A stretch of DNA of 64,000 bases. It comes from Octopus sinensis. Lineage: Eukaryota. Under the pieces are notes generated by a model. That model did no database searches and had not been told where the DNA came from. It saw nothing but the letters and a program-made list of their open reading frames with translations. Of this stretch, positions 23,509-36,160 are shown piece after piece. Where the stretch lies: contig NC_042997.1 of NCBI RefSeq assembly GCF_006345805.1, positions 87,668,001 to 87,732,000 on the forward strand, in the 5' to 3' direction. The translations under genes were made by a program, and so were the position numbers. Each line of letters starts with the position of its first letter. Position 1 is the stretch's first letter.

Positions 23509-24012
23509 TACATTTACTAATATAATTTTTCCCAGTCAGAGACACTCTCAGTGGCTATGGCATTCAAATTATAACTGCTGTACTAGTATGTTGATTTGAG
23601 TTTACACTGTCTATATGCGAATAATTAGCTTTGAAGGATTGTTACTGTTATCTATGATGAAATGTGTCTCAGTTTTGAATATTCATCCTTTTTGTATATC
23701 AGGGATTGCATTGTCACCATGTGACCTTCATTTCGGATGCTATAGTGTGATTTAGCTTCTATTTTTAGCAGGTGGAATGACTGTGGAGGCTTTCTGTTAT
23801 CACTGGGAGTGGTTTATGCTTACTTATTGTCATTTGATCTCACTACATCATTGATTTATTTTTATAGACTGGAATAGACTAGACTATATTGGAATATAAG
23901 GTGAACTTAGGAGTGAAGGGAAAAGTGGGAGAGGAAGAGAAGAGAGAAAGAGAGAGAGAGAGAGGTGGGGAAGAAAAGAGAGAAAGCTGTAACGATGAAA
24001 GAAGGATTGTAC

Positions 24013-24185
24013 ATGTATTGTCATAAAGATTTCTTTTAACTCTGCAAAAGGCCATTCTTTTATTTTTAAGTCAATTGATCTGTATCTTGACAATATGGAG
24101 CCAACAAGGGAGTCTCTGCATAATCTTTTGATCTGCTGGCTACCAGATATAGCAGCCATATCTCTCTCAAATGATGCATTGCTAT
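24013..24185 (-). CDS. Candidate internal exon of an unidentified host gene
   Basis: Acceptor tactctttttttaag, open frame SNASFERDMAAISGSQQIKRLCRDSLVGSILSRYRSIDLKIKEWPFAELKEIFMTIH in non-repeat DNA; weak donor gtacaa; no recognisable homology. Confidence 0.3.
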
Positions 24186-24478
24186 CTTAAAAAAAGAGTA
24201 CACTAAATGATGTAATAACAGACACCAATATATTGGAGAAAAAGGTATCTCAAGAAAGGGCAGGGTACCTTTGATTAGGGCTGATTAGGGCTAAATTAAC
24301 AACAGCCTGTTATTATACTAATATTCATTTCATTGATGAAATAAAAATAATTTTTTTATAGCGTTTCTCACATTTCCAAATTTACATTCAAGATCCACTT
24401 TATGCATGTCTTGCCAACTTTTTTGGGTTGTTCCTTATCCTTGCCCCCCCCCCCACCAAGTATTGTTTCTTGTTGGTA

Positions 24479-24628
24479 GGGCTGTTTTAAGGTGGGGTTA
24501 TGGAGATTGCACAGCAGGGCTCAGGTGGCCTATGGTTCTATAAATAATACCATTTTATCATTATTGTTAGGAACCAAAATACACTTCTTTGTTGCAGCAT
24601 GTGGGCCCACAGGACCAAAAGATGGCCC
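24479..24628. mobile_element. GGGCC-type MITE
   Basis: gggctgttttaagg ... aaaagatggccc TIRs. Confidence 0.5.
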
Positions 24629-24659
24629 TATTATGGGGATACCTAACATATTGGGGATA

Positions 24660-24931
24660 TCTTTTATCTCTTATATTTGCTTGTTTACTATGACTGCAGC
24701 CACACTGGGGCACTACCTGTTGGTCTTTTTTTGACTATCTGCTAATTTATGGGGTCGTAAACAAGTCAAAATCAGTTGTCAGATGATAGTGCTGAACAAA
24801 CACAGGCACACACATACACACACATGCACACACATGCTCACATACACATGTATGTGGATGTATACACACACACACACACATACACATGTATGTGGATGTG
24901 CACACACACACATACACATGTATGTGGATGT

Positions 24932-24970
<39 letters not shown>

Positions 24971-25125
24971 GAGCTTCTTTTGGTTTCCATTTACGAAATC
25001 CACTCACAGAGCTTTGATTAGCCTGAGGCTAAAGTAGAAGATACATGCCCAAAGTGCTACATAGTTGGACTGAACCAGGAATCATGTCATTGGGAAGCAA
25101 ACTCCTTATGATACAGTCATGCCTA
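24660..25125 (-). mobile_element. SINE-C
   Basis: Tail, compound (CA)n, head. Confidence 0.8.
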
Positions 25126-25736
25126 CTCTTATGAATGATGGGGTGGGGGGTGGGGGGCAGGGAATTATAATCAAAATAGAGACTTAGCATGAATGTTAGC
25201 AACAGAGGGGACCAACAAGGATTTTTTGATTTCCTCATTGATGCTGGTTAACTGCTGTTCTGTCATAAATTAACCTCAGCCAGTTTGTGTATATCTACTG
25301 CTTGCTGATAAAAATTGGGCAGTGGTTCAGTGGAGAACCCTCAGCCATGTTTCCACTGCTGGGTGGGTGTTCCCTTCATCTCTCTTTTCAGGCTTCCTGA
25401 ATGCTGGAGTTTTTAAAAATCAATTTATAGAAATTTCATCTTGATTTTATTCTAAGCATCTCCAATGTATCACCATGTTGTTGTCAAATGTTGATTAAAA
25501 TACCTCAACAACCCTGTCGAGAAAGCCAGTTCAGCTTCAGTTATATAGAACCAAGAGAAATAAAAGGGATGAAATTAAGAGCAGTCCAAACTTGGTCTCC
25601 ATACAAAGATGTCAGTCCTACCATCATTTAACTACAAGGTCATTTAATTTATAAAATTAATCTATCACCTAGATTAGCATCATTCTTGACCGAAGGGTGT
25701 CTTTAGTGGAGTCTACTTTACTACAAACATTCAAAC

Positions 25737-25816
25737 TCAGTTTCTATTCTGATTACAACTTCCTCCACCCCATGGTCTATAATGGAAATGGTCATGGATA
25801 CTACTTTCTTCATCTA
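25737..25816 (-). CDS. Candidate exon of an unidentified host gene
   Basis: Very strong acceptor ttttattcttctttttgtcag; DEESSIHDHFHYRPW(GGGSCNQNRN*); possible donor at 25768. Confidence 0.3.
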
Positions 25817-25854
25817 CTGACAAAAAGAAGAATAAAAATTATTTACCTCACCAG

Positions 25855-26277
25855 GAATGGCTGTGTTTTAGTAGAACAGCTCCCTTTACACCCATGTGGT
25901 TTGGGGTTCAGTTCCACTATGTGACATCTTGGTCAAGTATCTTATATTATAGCCTTGAGCTGACCAATGCCTTGTGAGTGGGTTTGGTAAACAGAAACTG
26001 TGCAGAAGCTCGCACTGTATTTGTGTGTGTGTGTGTGTGTGTATGTGTGTGTGTGTGTGTGTGTGTATGTGTGTGAGTGTGTATGTGTGTCTTTGTGTCT
26101 CTATTTGTCCTGCCCTCTGCTCCTTGAGAACCAGTATTGGTTTGTCCACTTCCCTGTAACTTAGTGGTTTAGCCAGAATGATAGAATAAGTACAAGATCT
26201 GTTCTACTAGAGCACCATGATGGTGCCCTTGTATGGTCACAGTTCAATGAGTGAAACAAGTAAAAGATAAAAGAAAA
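25855..26277 (+). mobile_element. SINE-C
   Basis: ggaatggctgtg..ggttcagttccact..(TG)n..aagtaaaagataaaag. Confidence 0.8.
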
Positions 26278-26454
26278 TGCTTATTTTCAGTATCCATTAC
26301 AGTCCACCGAATTAAATGTATGGAATGTTGTGGCATTCATACTTTTCCAAGGATATGAGCAATAAAATGAAAGTCTCTTTTTAAAGCTTTAAATGCATTT
26401 GTTTCTAAACTCACATTTTACTTGCAACTGTTGACATTATTACTACTATTACAA

Positions 26455-26702
26455 AGGTAACAAAGTGGCAGAATTGCTAGCACACCAGACAAAATGCTTA
26501 GAGGCAAGCTAATAGAATTGTTAGCACACTGGGAAAAATTCTTCTGGATTTATGGTCTGAGTTCAAATTCCACAAAGGTTGACTTCACGTTTCATTCTTT
26601 TGGGGTCAATGAAATATGTGTCAGTTGAGTACTAGGCACAATGTAATCAACTAACCCACCCTCTGCTCCAAAATTTCAGGCTTTGTGCCAGTTGTAGAAA
26701 GG

Positions 26703-26750
<48 letters not shown>

Positions 26751-26960
26751 AAGGCAGCAAGCTGGCAGAATTGTCAGCACACAGGATGAAATGCTTAGTG
26801 GCATTTTGCCCATTGCTGCATTCTGAGTTTAAATTCTGCCGAGGTTGACTTTGCCTTTCATCCTTCTGGGATTGATAATTTAAGTACCAGTTGTGTACTG
26901 GGGTCGTTGAGGTCGACTATCCCCGTCCTCTAAATTTTAAGCCTTGTACCTTTAGTAGGA
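26455..26960 (+). mobile_element. Two tandem copies of SINE family E with a (TTA)n tail between them
   Basis: tggcagaattg..ctgagttcaaattc..gactttgcctttcatcctt..gggg..gataa..aagtaccag; also at 16130(-), 29250(-), 38260, 53810, 60470. Confidence 0.8.
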
Positions 26961-27949
26961 AGGATTATTTTTATCATCATCATCATCATCATCATTATTA
27001 TTATAGAATTCTAGATTTCTCTTTTCTTTTTTATCTTTTGAAGCTAGATGTATGTCCTCTCTTCCACAAACCACTAATCTGTGAAACAACAGAAGAGAAA
27101 TCTAATTTGACAGTCAGGTGAACTGAGCTAAAGACAAATATGAAGCTGTAATAGAAGAAATATTTGAAATCATGAACATGATAAAAGTGTAATATTTTAA
27201 TCTCACAACAATTTTAATTAAGAATGGAAGCTTCTGTTGTTAATGTTTAGCCCCAAGTTAGCATTGCTTGAACAGAAACTACTACTCTATTTCCATAATC
27301 AAAGACATTCCACCTGTGACCATCCCATTTTTTTACAAATTTAGCTTTAGCTTAGTGTGTCTACAACAACATTAAGCAGTACACCCTTTCCTCTCTAAGA
27401 TGGTAGTGTGTGATATGAAAGAGATTGAGCTGCTAATTCTAGCAACTATGAAGAAGTGTCATTGGTTTGTGCTGATGGAAATGACTTGACTTGTCTTTCT
27501 TTGAACCACCCACTTGCTTCAGTAATTCCAATTTCTGTTATTCCATCCATTTCTAGAAGGAATGTTTTCTTTTGTTGATGTTAACAAAAGCTGCTTCAGA
27601 GCATTTTATAATTGCTGCAGTTTAAGTTGTTTTCGTCATCATTTCAATAGAAATTGATCTGAGCTTGTGATCACTTGACTATGACTTTGAGTATTTCCAG
27701 TCATAGAACATCAGGCTGATTTACTTAATTTTTCCATAAATCTTTCTTTCCCAAGTAAATTACTTGTGTGACCAGTGAGTCTGTTTAATCCCAATCTCAT
27801 GGATAAAAGTAATTAAGAGCAATTGCTATTTGCTTCAGAAGTTGCCTACCTTTTGAAAATAGTTGCACAACTGTGTAAACTCTTGTTATATATAATAAGG
27901 TTTATTTTTGATTCATTTACAAAGCTGGTAATAAAGTTTGGCAGGGAAA

Positions 27950-28600
27950 GAGGATATTAACCTTTAGGTAAATTAGATAGGTTGTTTGAAAAGGTGATGA
28001 TCCATAGAAAAGGTGATACACAATGTTATTTAATAGAAATGCGTCTGCTACTATACAAAACTGTCCAAACTATTACTAGTTCCAGGAGATTTCGAGACCT
28101 CTTTGTCTATGAATGAAACTTTTGTGAGTTGAAATTTAGATTTTTGTGGTTATGTTCATGAATTTTGCTAATTGTGAAAGTTGGCTTCAAGGCATGTCTG
28201 TTGTAGAATTGTAATAAATTTAATTAATAAGCTATAAATTGAGTTAATGGGATAAACTGTTTTATTGAAATAACCATGAAATTGAAATGGTAATGTTAGA
28301 ATTGTGATGTGTAAAATAATTGTGAAGTTCTTATAGAAATGTAATTATTAAAGTAATGGTAATCATGATAATCAGAATTGTGTCGACTAGTTCTAGAGGT
28401 GGGGAAAGGGGTTTCTTAATTCATATGAAGTGTATTGAAGTGTTGAGGTTTTGAATTTGACTGAGTTATTTAAACAGATTTTGATGAGAAAATTGACTTT
28501 TTATAGAAATGTTACAACAAGATGTTAAAAGTTCTTTAAAGTTTAGAATGTTATTACAAGTAGTCAAAGAGTTGATTTGAACAGCTTTGATAATGATCAG
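27950..28600 (-). pseudogene. Decayed Penelope-like element (RT thumb, linker, GIY-YIG approach)
   Basis: Minus-strand peptides FKE..NISIK/KVNFL, FYNRHALK..SKIHEHNHKNLN, C...LLNNIVY, in the order of PLE motifs KIVNFLD, IFNRN.VK.SY..I.SHNKKIL, CL..NIVY. Confidence 0.5.
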
Positions 28601-29439
28601 GTATGTTAGGGATCACCTAACTGCCCCTCTCCTTCCTTTCCTTTGTTAAACTGACTAAAGACTAAATGAAGGCATCGATCTTCTTCCAGTGTTTATAATG
28701 TATGAATATATCTATGGCAAGAAGATTTTCAACATGTTAATTCTGTGAAATTGCAAAACATCTGAGAGAAAGCATATGTGAGTACATAAATAGTCAGTCT
28801 TTATCATGACTCTGACATTAACATGCAGTTTATAGAATAAATAAATAAATAATGTCTGGTGTATTGAAATGTAGTTGTAAGGTACAAATAAAGGTTGCTC
28901 TTACTTCAAGATGTTATTGACAACGGACCCCAAGTGTCAGGTCATGGGAACCAGCAGAACTTAACAGTAGTATCCATGTGTGTCCACCAAAGCTCTGGTC
29001 AGAAAGAACTACTACTTGTAGATTGTTTCCAACACACATCCATCACTCACAACACACATGCGAGAAAGAGACTGTTTCGAACCAACTGTTTCTTGAATTG
29101 ATGTCATTTCTTCCCCTTGCTTCCTCAACATGAAACTTGTGAAAATGTGATATTGTTAGATGTAACAGAGGAATATGAAGATGAAGGTGATACTGCTGCT
29201 GCTGTGAATGATGATGATAGCAGAGATGATAACAATAATGTTAATCTTTAATATTGACATATATTAATGCATTTTGGGTGAAGGGTGTATAGTCAATTTA
29301 TCAACTCTAGTACTTGACTTATACTTATTTTATTAGACCTAGATGCAGTGAAGAGTGAGTCTGATCTCAGAATGTAGAAGGCTCAATTAAATAACATAAG
29401 GAATTTCGTTTCTATGGTTTATTGTCCTGATACAATAAC

Positions 29440-29980
29440 AACAATCTATTACTTGTTTCAATCATTAGACTGCAGCCATGCTGGGGCACTGTCTTGAAGA
29501 ATTATTAGTCGAATAAACTGACCCCCAGTACTTACTTTTTAAAAGTTGGTACTTATTCCATCGATCTCTTTTGCTGAACCGCTAAGTAACTAGATCATAA
29601 ATGCACCAACATCAGTTGTCAAGTGCTGGTGTAGGACAAACAAAGACACAAACATACACAAAACACACACACATGCATGCATATATGTCCTGTCCTCAGA
29701 GTGGACAACCTTGCAAATCTTTAGCTGGATTAAAGTTGTATCAGAGACACAAATACAAGTAATAACAATTACACTAAGCCTTTAGGCCCTTGTGCATTGA
29801 AATCGATGTGAGAGTCCCACATAAATATATAATGGGTTTCTTTCAGTTTCCATCAACCAGATCTGCCTACAAGGCTTTGGTCTGCCTGAGGGTATAGTAG
29901 AAGACACTTTCCCAAGGTGCCACATAGTGGAACTGAACTGAACCATACAGTTGGGAAGTGAGCTTCTTACCACACACTCA
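29440..29980 (-). mobile_element. SINE-C
   Basis: Tail 29440-29680, head 29820-29980. Confidence 0.75.
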
Positions 29981-30055
29981 TGCCTATGCCTATGATATTG
30001 ATAATAATAATATTTATGATAATAATAAAGATCTATTTCAATGATTTATTTCAAT

Positions 30056-30370
30056 GAAAGTGCATGACTCATTGGTTAGGGCATCAGCCTCACTATTCCT
30101 GGACTGGGTTGTGTGTTGTGTTCTTGAGCAAGACATTTTAGTTCATGTTGCTCCAGTTCACTCAGCTGTAGAAATGAGTTGTGATGTCACTGGTACCAAG
30201 CTGTATCAGCCTTTGCCTTTCCTTTGGACAACATTGGCAGCATGTAGAGGGGAGACTGGTATGCATGGGAGAGTGCTGATCTTCCATAAACAACCTTGTC
30301 CAAACTTGTTCCTCAGAGGGGAACTTTCTAGGTGCAATCCCATGGTCATTCATGACGAAAGGGGGGTTCT
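30056..30370 (+). mobile_element. SINE-A
   Basis: Matches 297-630. Confidence 0.85.
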
Positions 30371-30639
30371 TTTTAATGATTTATTTCAATGATGATCTAA
30401 ATGTTGCTGGTGATGGTGGTGTGATAGTGGTGAAAGTAGTGGTGGTAGGGATGATGATGATGATGATGATGATGATGCAGTGATGGTAGTAGTGATATTT
30501 TGATGATGAGGAGCAGGAGGGGAAGAAGTGGAAGAGGATGTGTACAATAGGGTTGGTTAGGGCCTGGTGATATGATAGCCATGATCTGGGTGACAATATA
30601 GAAGATGCTACTACCATAAATTAAACTGTAATATAAATG

Positions 30640-31378
30640 CAAGAGTGGTTGTGTGGTAAGAAGCTTGCTTCCCAACCACATCGTTCCAGGTTCAGTTCCA
30701 CTATGTTGCAATCTGAGCAAGTGCCTTCTACTATAGCCTTGGGCCAACCAAAGCCTTATAAGTGAATTTGGTAGATGGAAGCAGAAAGAGACCGATAGAA
30801 TAAGTTCTAGGCTTAAAAAATAGAAAGTACTGAGATCAATTCATTCAACTAAAATTCTTCAAGGTGATGCCCCAGCATGGCCGCAATCTAATGACTGAAA
30901 CAATTAAAAGAATATGCACCAATATTTTGCAAAGTGGCATCACTCATCTATGATTAAGCATCCTAGCATCCTGATTTAAACTTTAGAAGAATAATGAAGA
31001 ATGAAACGTGTTGTAGTGGAACCATGTCAGTGACCAGGTCACAGTCGGTGTGATGAAAATTTTGACATTAAATAATGTTTAAGTGAAGCTAACAGATTTT
31101 GGTGTGTTTTTTGAATGGCTAACAAATGTGTTCCATGCTGCAGTTGTTTTAGTTTCAACAAACTGTCTATGATGAAATCACTTGCCAGACAAGCATATCT
31201 CTGAAATAAACATGTGGCTGTGTGGCAAAAAATTTGCTTCCCAACTGCATGGTTCCAGGTTCAGTCCCACTGCATGGAGCCTTCAGCAAATGTCTTCTAC
31301 TTTAGCCTTAGGCCAACCAAGGCCTTGTGAGTGGATTTGGTAGATGGAAACTGAAAGAAGCCTGTCATATATATTTAC

Positions 31379-31421
<43 letters not shown>

Positions 31422-31735
31422 GTGTGTGTGTGTGTGAGTTTGTGTTTGTACCCCATCACTGCTTAACAACTGTTGTTGGTGTGTTTACATTCCTGTAACT
31501 TAGTGGTTCAGCAAAAGAGACCAATAGAATAAGTACCAGGCTTATAAAAAGTACATTTGACTAGAATTTTCAAGGTGGTACTTCAGCTTGATTGCAATCT
31601 AATGACTGAGAAAAATAAAAGATAAAAGATATTGGTGCAGGTATGGCTGTGTAGCAAGAAACTTCCTTCCCAACCACATGATTCTGAGTACAGTTCCACA
31701 GTGTGGTACCTTGAGCACGTGTCTTCTACAACAGC

Positions 31736-31740
<5 letters not shown>
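30640..31740 (+). mobile_element. Three SINE-C copies or fragments (30640-30910, 31200-31625; head 31635-31740)
   Basis: Repeated tggctgtgtggtaagaag..cccaaccac..ggttcagt heads. Confidence 0.75.
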
Positions 31741-31797
<57 letters not shown>

Positions 31798-32214
31798 AGC
31801 TCCCTGTTTTGACATTGAGGGACAGTTGTAAATAAGTGTCACTATCAGACAAGCTGTGTCATTCCTTTCCAATATTCTACAAGAACATGTCTTGTCATGG
31901 GGAAACATTAGCTGGTTTGGAAACAGGTGGAGTTTACTTAACAATAGGAAAAGCACTCAGTCATTGAAAATCTGTTTCAAGTAAACTCAATCTGTCCCTT
32001 GGAATTAAGGAAAGACAGACATTAAAATAATGATGATGATGATGATGATGTTCAAAGGGTATTTGTTGATAATGGCTTCTATTGGTTTCTTGAAAGTGTT
32101 TATTTAATTATTTCCTTTCACTTCTGTTTAATTATCTCTATCACCATTAAATAAGTGTTGCTGACCTGCATGTGATACACCTGCTTTTAGAAAAAAGTAA
32201 CAGGCAACACACTG

Positions 32215-32217
32215 TTA

Positions 32218-32260
<43 letters not shown>

Positions 32261-32450
32261 ACACCACCACCACCACACCACCACCACCACCACCACCACC
32301 ACCACCACCACCACCACCACTACCACTAATACTACTACTACTGCTGCTGCTGCTGCTGCCACCACCGCCACTGCCACCACCACTGCCACCACCACTGCCA
32401 CCACCACCACTACTACCTACATCACTACTATCATCATCACCTCCTCCTCT
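32215..32450. repeat. Compound (ACT)n/(ACC)n/(GCT)n microsatellite
   Basis: Directly visible. Confidence 0.9.
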
Positions 32451-32639
32451 CCTCTTCTATGTATCTGTGTGTGTGTGTGTGTGCATGCAGTGTGCATCCA
32501 TGGTTGCATGCATAACTGAATGGTTTAGAAGTTCACTCACCAGTAAGAGGATAATTGTTTGATTCCACTGGTTACTTTTACTGTCAGTAGCCTTGAGGCG
32601 ACCCAAGCTAATGATGATGATAATGATGATGATCGTAAT

Positions 32640-35600
32640 GATGAACATTACTGCAATAGAGTGGAGCTTGTCCTTATATCTGAGCCATGGTTGACCAACA
32701 TTCCTGTGCCCATTATCAAGCTGGCTGTACATGAGGACTTTGGGTATTCTTTTGTCACTCATTCTGATGACATGGCAAGCCCAGTGCAATTGTGACTGCG
32801 TATGGACGCTCTCAATTCCACCAATCTTACACTTGCAAAATAGGCTGGTATTAGGAACTCTGTCAGACAGCCTTTGTGGAAGATGTCTAGTTGGTTAATG
32901 AGTTGTCTATAGAGTATCCATGATTCTGAGCCATACAAAAGAATAGTAAGAATGGCAGCTTTATAGACCTGTATTTTGGTGTCAAGTTTAATGCCCCTTT
33001 CATTCCATAGGTGATGACAGAGTTTGTCAAATGCATTGGTTGCCTTTGCAAGACAGTTGACAATTTCATTACCAAAGGAAGTGCTCGAATTCACTTTCCT
33101 AGTAAAGTATGCAAATGACTTCACATAATTTAGGTTTTCACCATTGACCTGTATAGGAGTGTAAAGAAAATTGTGAACTGGTGGCCACTGCTTAACACCT
33201 CGAATTTGTTTAGGAGTAGAGAAAAGTTTGTCAATTACTTTTGTCTTCTTTATGCTGATGGTCAAACCAAAGCCTTTACATGCAGCAAAAAAACTGGTCT
33301 AGAAGTTCCTGAGCTTCCTCTAAGGAGGTAACTACTCGTGTGCCATCATCTGCAAACAGTAGATTATGAATGATACTGGTGTGTAGCAGTGTTCTGGCTT
33401 TGAAATGCTGATGATTGAATAGTTCACCACTTGTTTGAAACTGGAATTTGACATCACTTTGTATGTTGCCAAAAGCACACCTCAGCATCACTGAAAAGAA
33501 GAGTGCAAACAAAACAAGGGCCTTAACACGACCTTGCTTTGTGCTGTTTGTAACATTGAAGGAAGCCGAAGATTCCCCACTGGATATGGCAGAAACCTTC
33601 ATTCCCTCATGAAAGGAGATAACATTTAACATCTTGTCAGGTATATGAAGCTTTTTCAGAACTTTCCATAATGTTTGTTGGTTAACAGTGTTGAAGGCCT
33701 TGGTAAGGTCAATGAATACTATGAACAACTCTTGATTTTTTTCACATTCCTTCTCCATAACCTGTTGAAGGGAAAAGATCATTTTGATAGTGCAACAACC
33801 AGAGAAGAATCTACACAGTGATTCTGGATATATATCATTTACAACATGTTTGATGATCTTGTCAAGAGTGAGTCAAGCAAGAATTTTACCAGCAATAGAC
33901 AGAAGTGATATCCCACAATGATTATCACAGACATTTCTGTTTCCTTTGTTCTTATAAAGATGTTGAATTGAGGCATCCTTGAAGTCCTGTGTTACACGGT
34001 CTACCATTCAAATATTTATGAAGAGGTTATGCAATTTCTTAAAAAGATTCTGTCCACCATGCTTGTAGATTTCATGAGGGACAACATCCCTACCAGGTGC
34101 TTTACCAGAAGAGATTTGTTTAACAGAGTTTACCACTTCCAGGAAGGTTGGCTCCAGAGACAATCTTGGTATTTCAGCATGCTGTGGAATAGACATTATG
34201 ACGTCATCATTAGTGACTGAGGTGGAGTTCAACATGGCTTCAAAGTAGTCTTGCCATCATTACAAGATGTCAGATTTGTCAATTAACAATGTCTCTCTAT
34301 TGGATGAAAAAATAGGAGTAACACCATGCTTTTGAGGACCATACACTTTTTTGAGGCCATCATAAAAGGCTTTAGAATCCTTTTTGTCAGCAGCTTCTTG
34401 GAGTTCAGTAGCTTTGGAAGACCACCAAGCCTTCTTCATCTGTCTCAGAGTATATTAGACCTGGCCTCTGCATTTCTTATAAGCATTCTCTTTTCTGGAT
34501 GTGCTCTTATCATTTATCCATGTTTTATGAGAGCTGTGCATTTTATCTATCAACCTGTGTTGTTATCACTGAACCAATCTTGATGTTTATGAACAGGAAG
34601 TCCAAGAACTTCTACAGATGCAGAGTGTGTTGCATCATGCAGAGCCTTCCAAGATGACTCTATGTTATTATTGATATCAGAAGTGTTGAGTGCAAGGTCC
34701 AACTTGATAGAGAGCTCAGCCTACTTTTCAGCAGTTTTCAAAGGTAGAACATTAATGCCCTTAGGCACTGATGACTTTTGTAGTCTTGTGTATTTCAGAT
34801 GGAACATAGCTTCACTACAGAGAAGAGAATGGTCAGAGAGGTAGCAGGTGTTATGAAAGGAATGTGTAATGTTAAAGTCCCTAATATCTTGTTTCTTAGA
34901 GATAACATAGTCTATGAGATGCCAATCCTTAGATCTAGGATGCATCCAGGTTGTCTTGCAAGAAATTTGCTGTTGTAAAAAAGGTATTTATGATGCTTAG
35001 ACTGAATTCCCTGCAGATGGAGAGCACACACAGACCACTGGAGTTCATTCAACCTACACCATGGTGACCAAGTACATCCTCCCATACCTGATAGTCAGTA
35101 CAACATGAGAATTAATGTTGCCCATAAAGATAAGTTTACCCCTGTGGTGACAACTGGAAATGACATCATGGAGTTGGTTGTAAAAGTCATCCTTTTCCTG
35201 TTCAGTGCTGGCCATGGTTGAAGCATAGCAACTGATAAGTGTAGCACAAGTGTTGTGATCAAGTTCCAATGTTAGTATCATGATGTGATCAGAAATACCT
35301 TTAGATAGAGAAAGAAAGGATCTAGCTATTTCTGTGGCAAAACCAACACCAGAGTGTCGTGGCTCATCCTCATTTCTTCTACATCAGAAAAATATATATC
35401 CACTTTTACTTTCTCCTAACTGTGATGATCCTGCAATACGAGTTTCACTGAGTGCAGCTATGTCAATGTTATATTTCTTTAGTTCAAGGGCAACCAGTGC
35501 TGTTTTTCATTCTGGTGCTGAATGAGTGTCTTGGAGAGTGTGCATATTCCAAAAACCAACCTTCATTCATAGGCACAACATATATTAGAGCAAAAGGAAC

Positions 35601-35690
35601 ATCCTAACATCAGGTCTGACTTTCTCCAAGAATGCTAGACTTGTTTCAGCCCTTTTGAGTCTTGTCAACAACATCCCATGTCCATGAGAA
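32640..35690 (-). pseudogene. Near full-length RTE-clade LINE (APE endonuclease + RT), many stops and frameshifts, 3' end truncated
   Basis: KVGFWNMHTL; MHPRSKDWHLIDYVI..SDHSLL; SGKAPGRD..EIYKHGG; FIDLTKAFNTVN; LLFADD; TKIQVYKAAILTILLYGSESW; WACHVIRMSDKRIPK. Confidence 0.93.
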
Positions 35691-36039
35691 AGTTAATTAT
35701 CTAATATGAAATAAAAGTAAACTATGTTTTTTGTTTTTTCCAAACTTAGTTGAAACACATATTCAGTGTGCTTATATTCAACATGCTGAGTATCTGAAAG
35801 AAATAAGGTCACTGAAAGGTTAAAAATTGATGAATTAGGTATGATTTTCTTGATCTGAGATGACCTGAGGTTATTATAAATACAAGTGTATATGAAAGCA
35901 AATTTCTTCACAAAACTATGTATGTATGTAAATATATGCACATGTGTGGGCAGGCAGGAGAGAGTTGGTGGGCAAGGAGTGAGTAGGTGGGCAGGAGAGA
36001 GAGAAATAGGCATATATGTATATAGGCATATATGTATGT

Positions 36040-36086
36040 ATGGATAGATAGATAGATAGATAGATGATAGATAGATAGATAGATAG

Positions 36087-36125
<39 letters not shown>

Positions 36126-36160
36126 CGGACAGACAGATGGACAGACAGACAGACAGATAG
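36040..36160. repeat. (GATA)n/(GACA)n microsatellite
   Basis: Directly visible. Confidence 0.9.

Noticed and set aside
32640-32660. Idea that this RTE LINE supplies the (GAT)n tail of SINE-B/D
   Set aside because: The LINE's 3' end is truncated and the adjacent triplet tract is in the opposite orientation, so tail sharing cannot be shown here.
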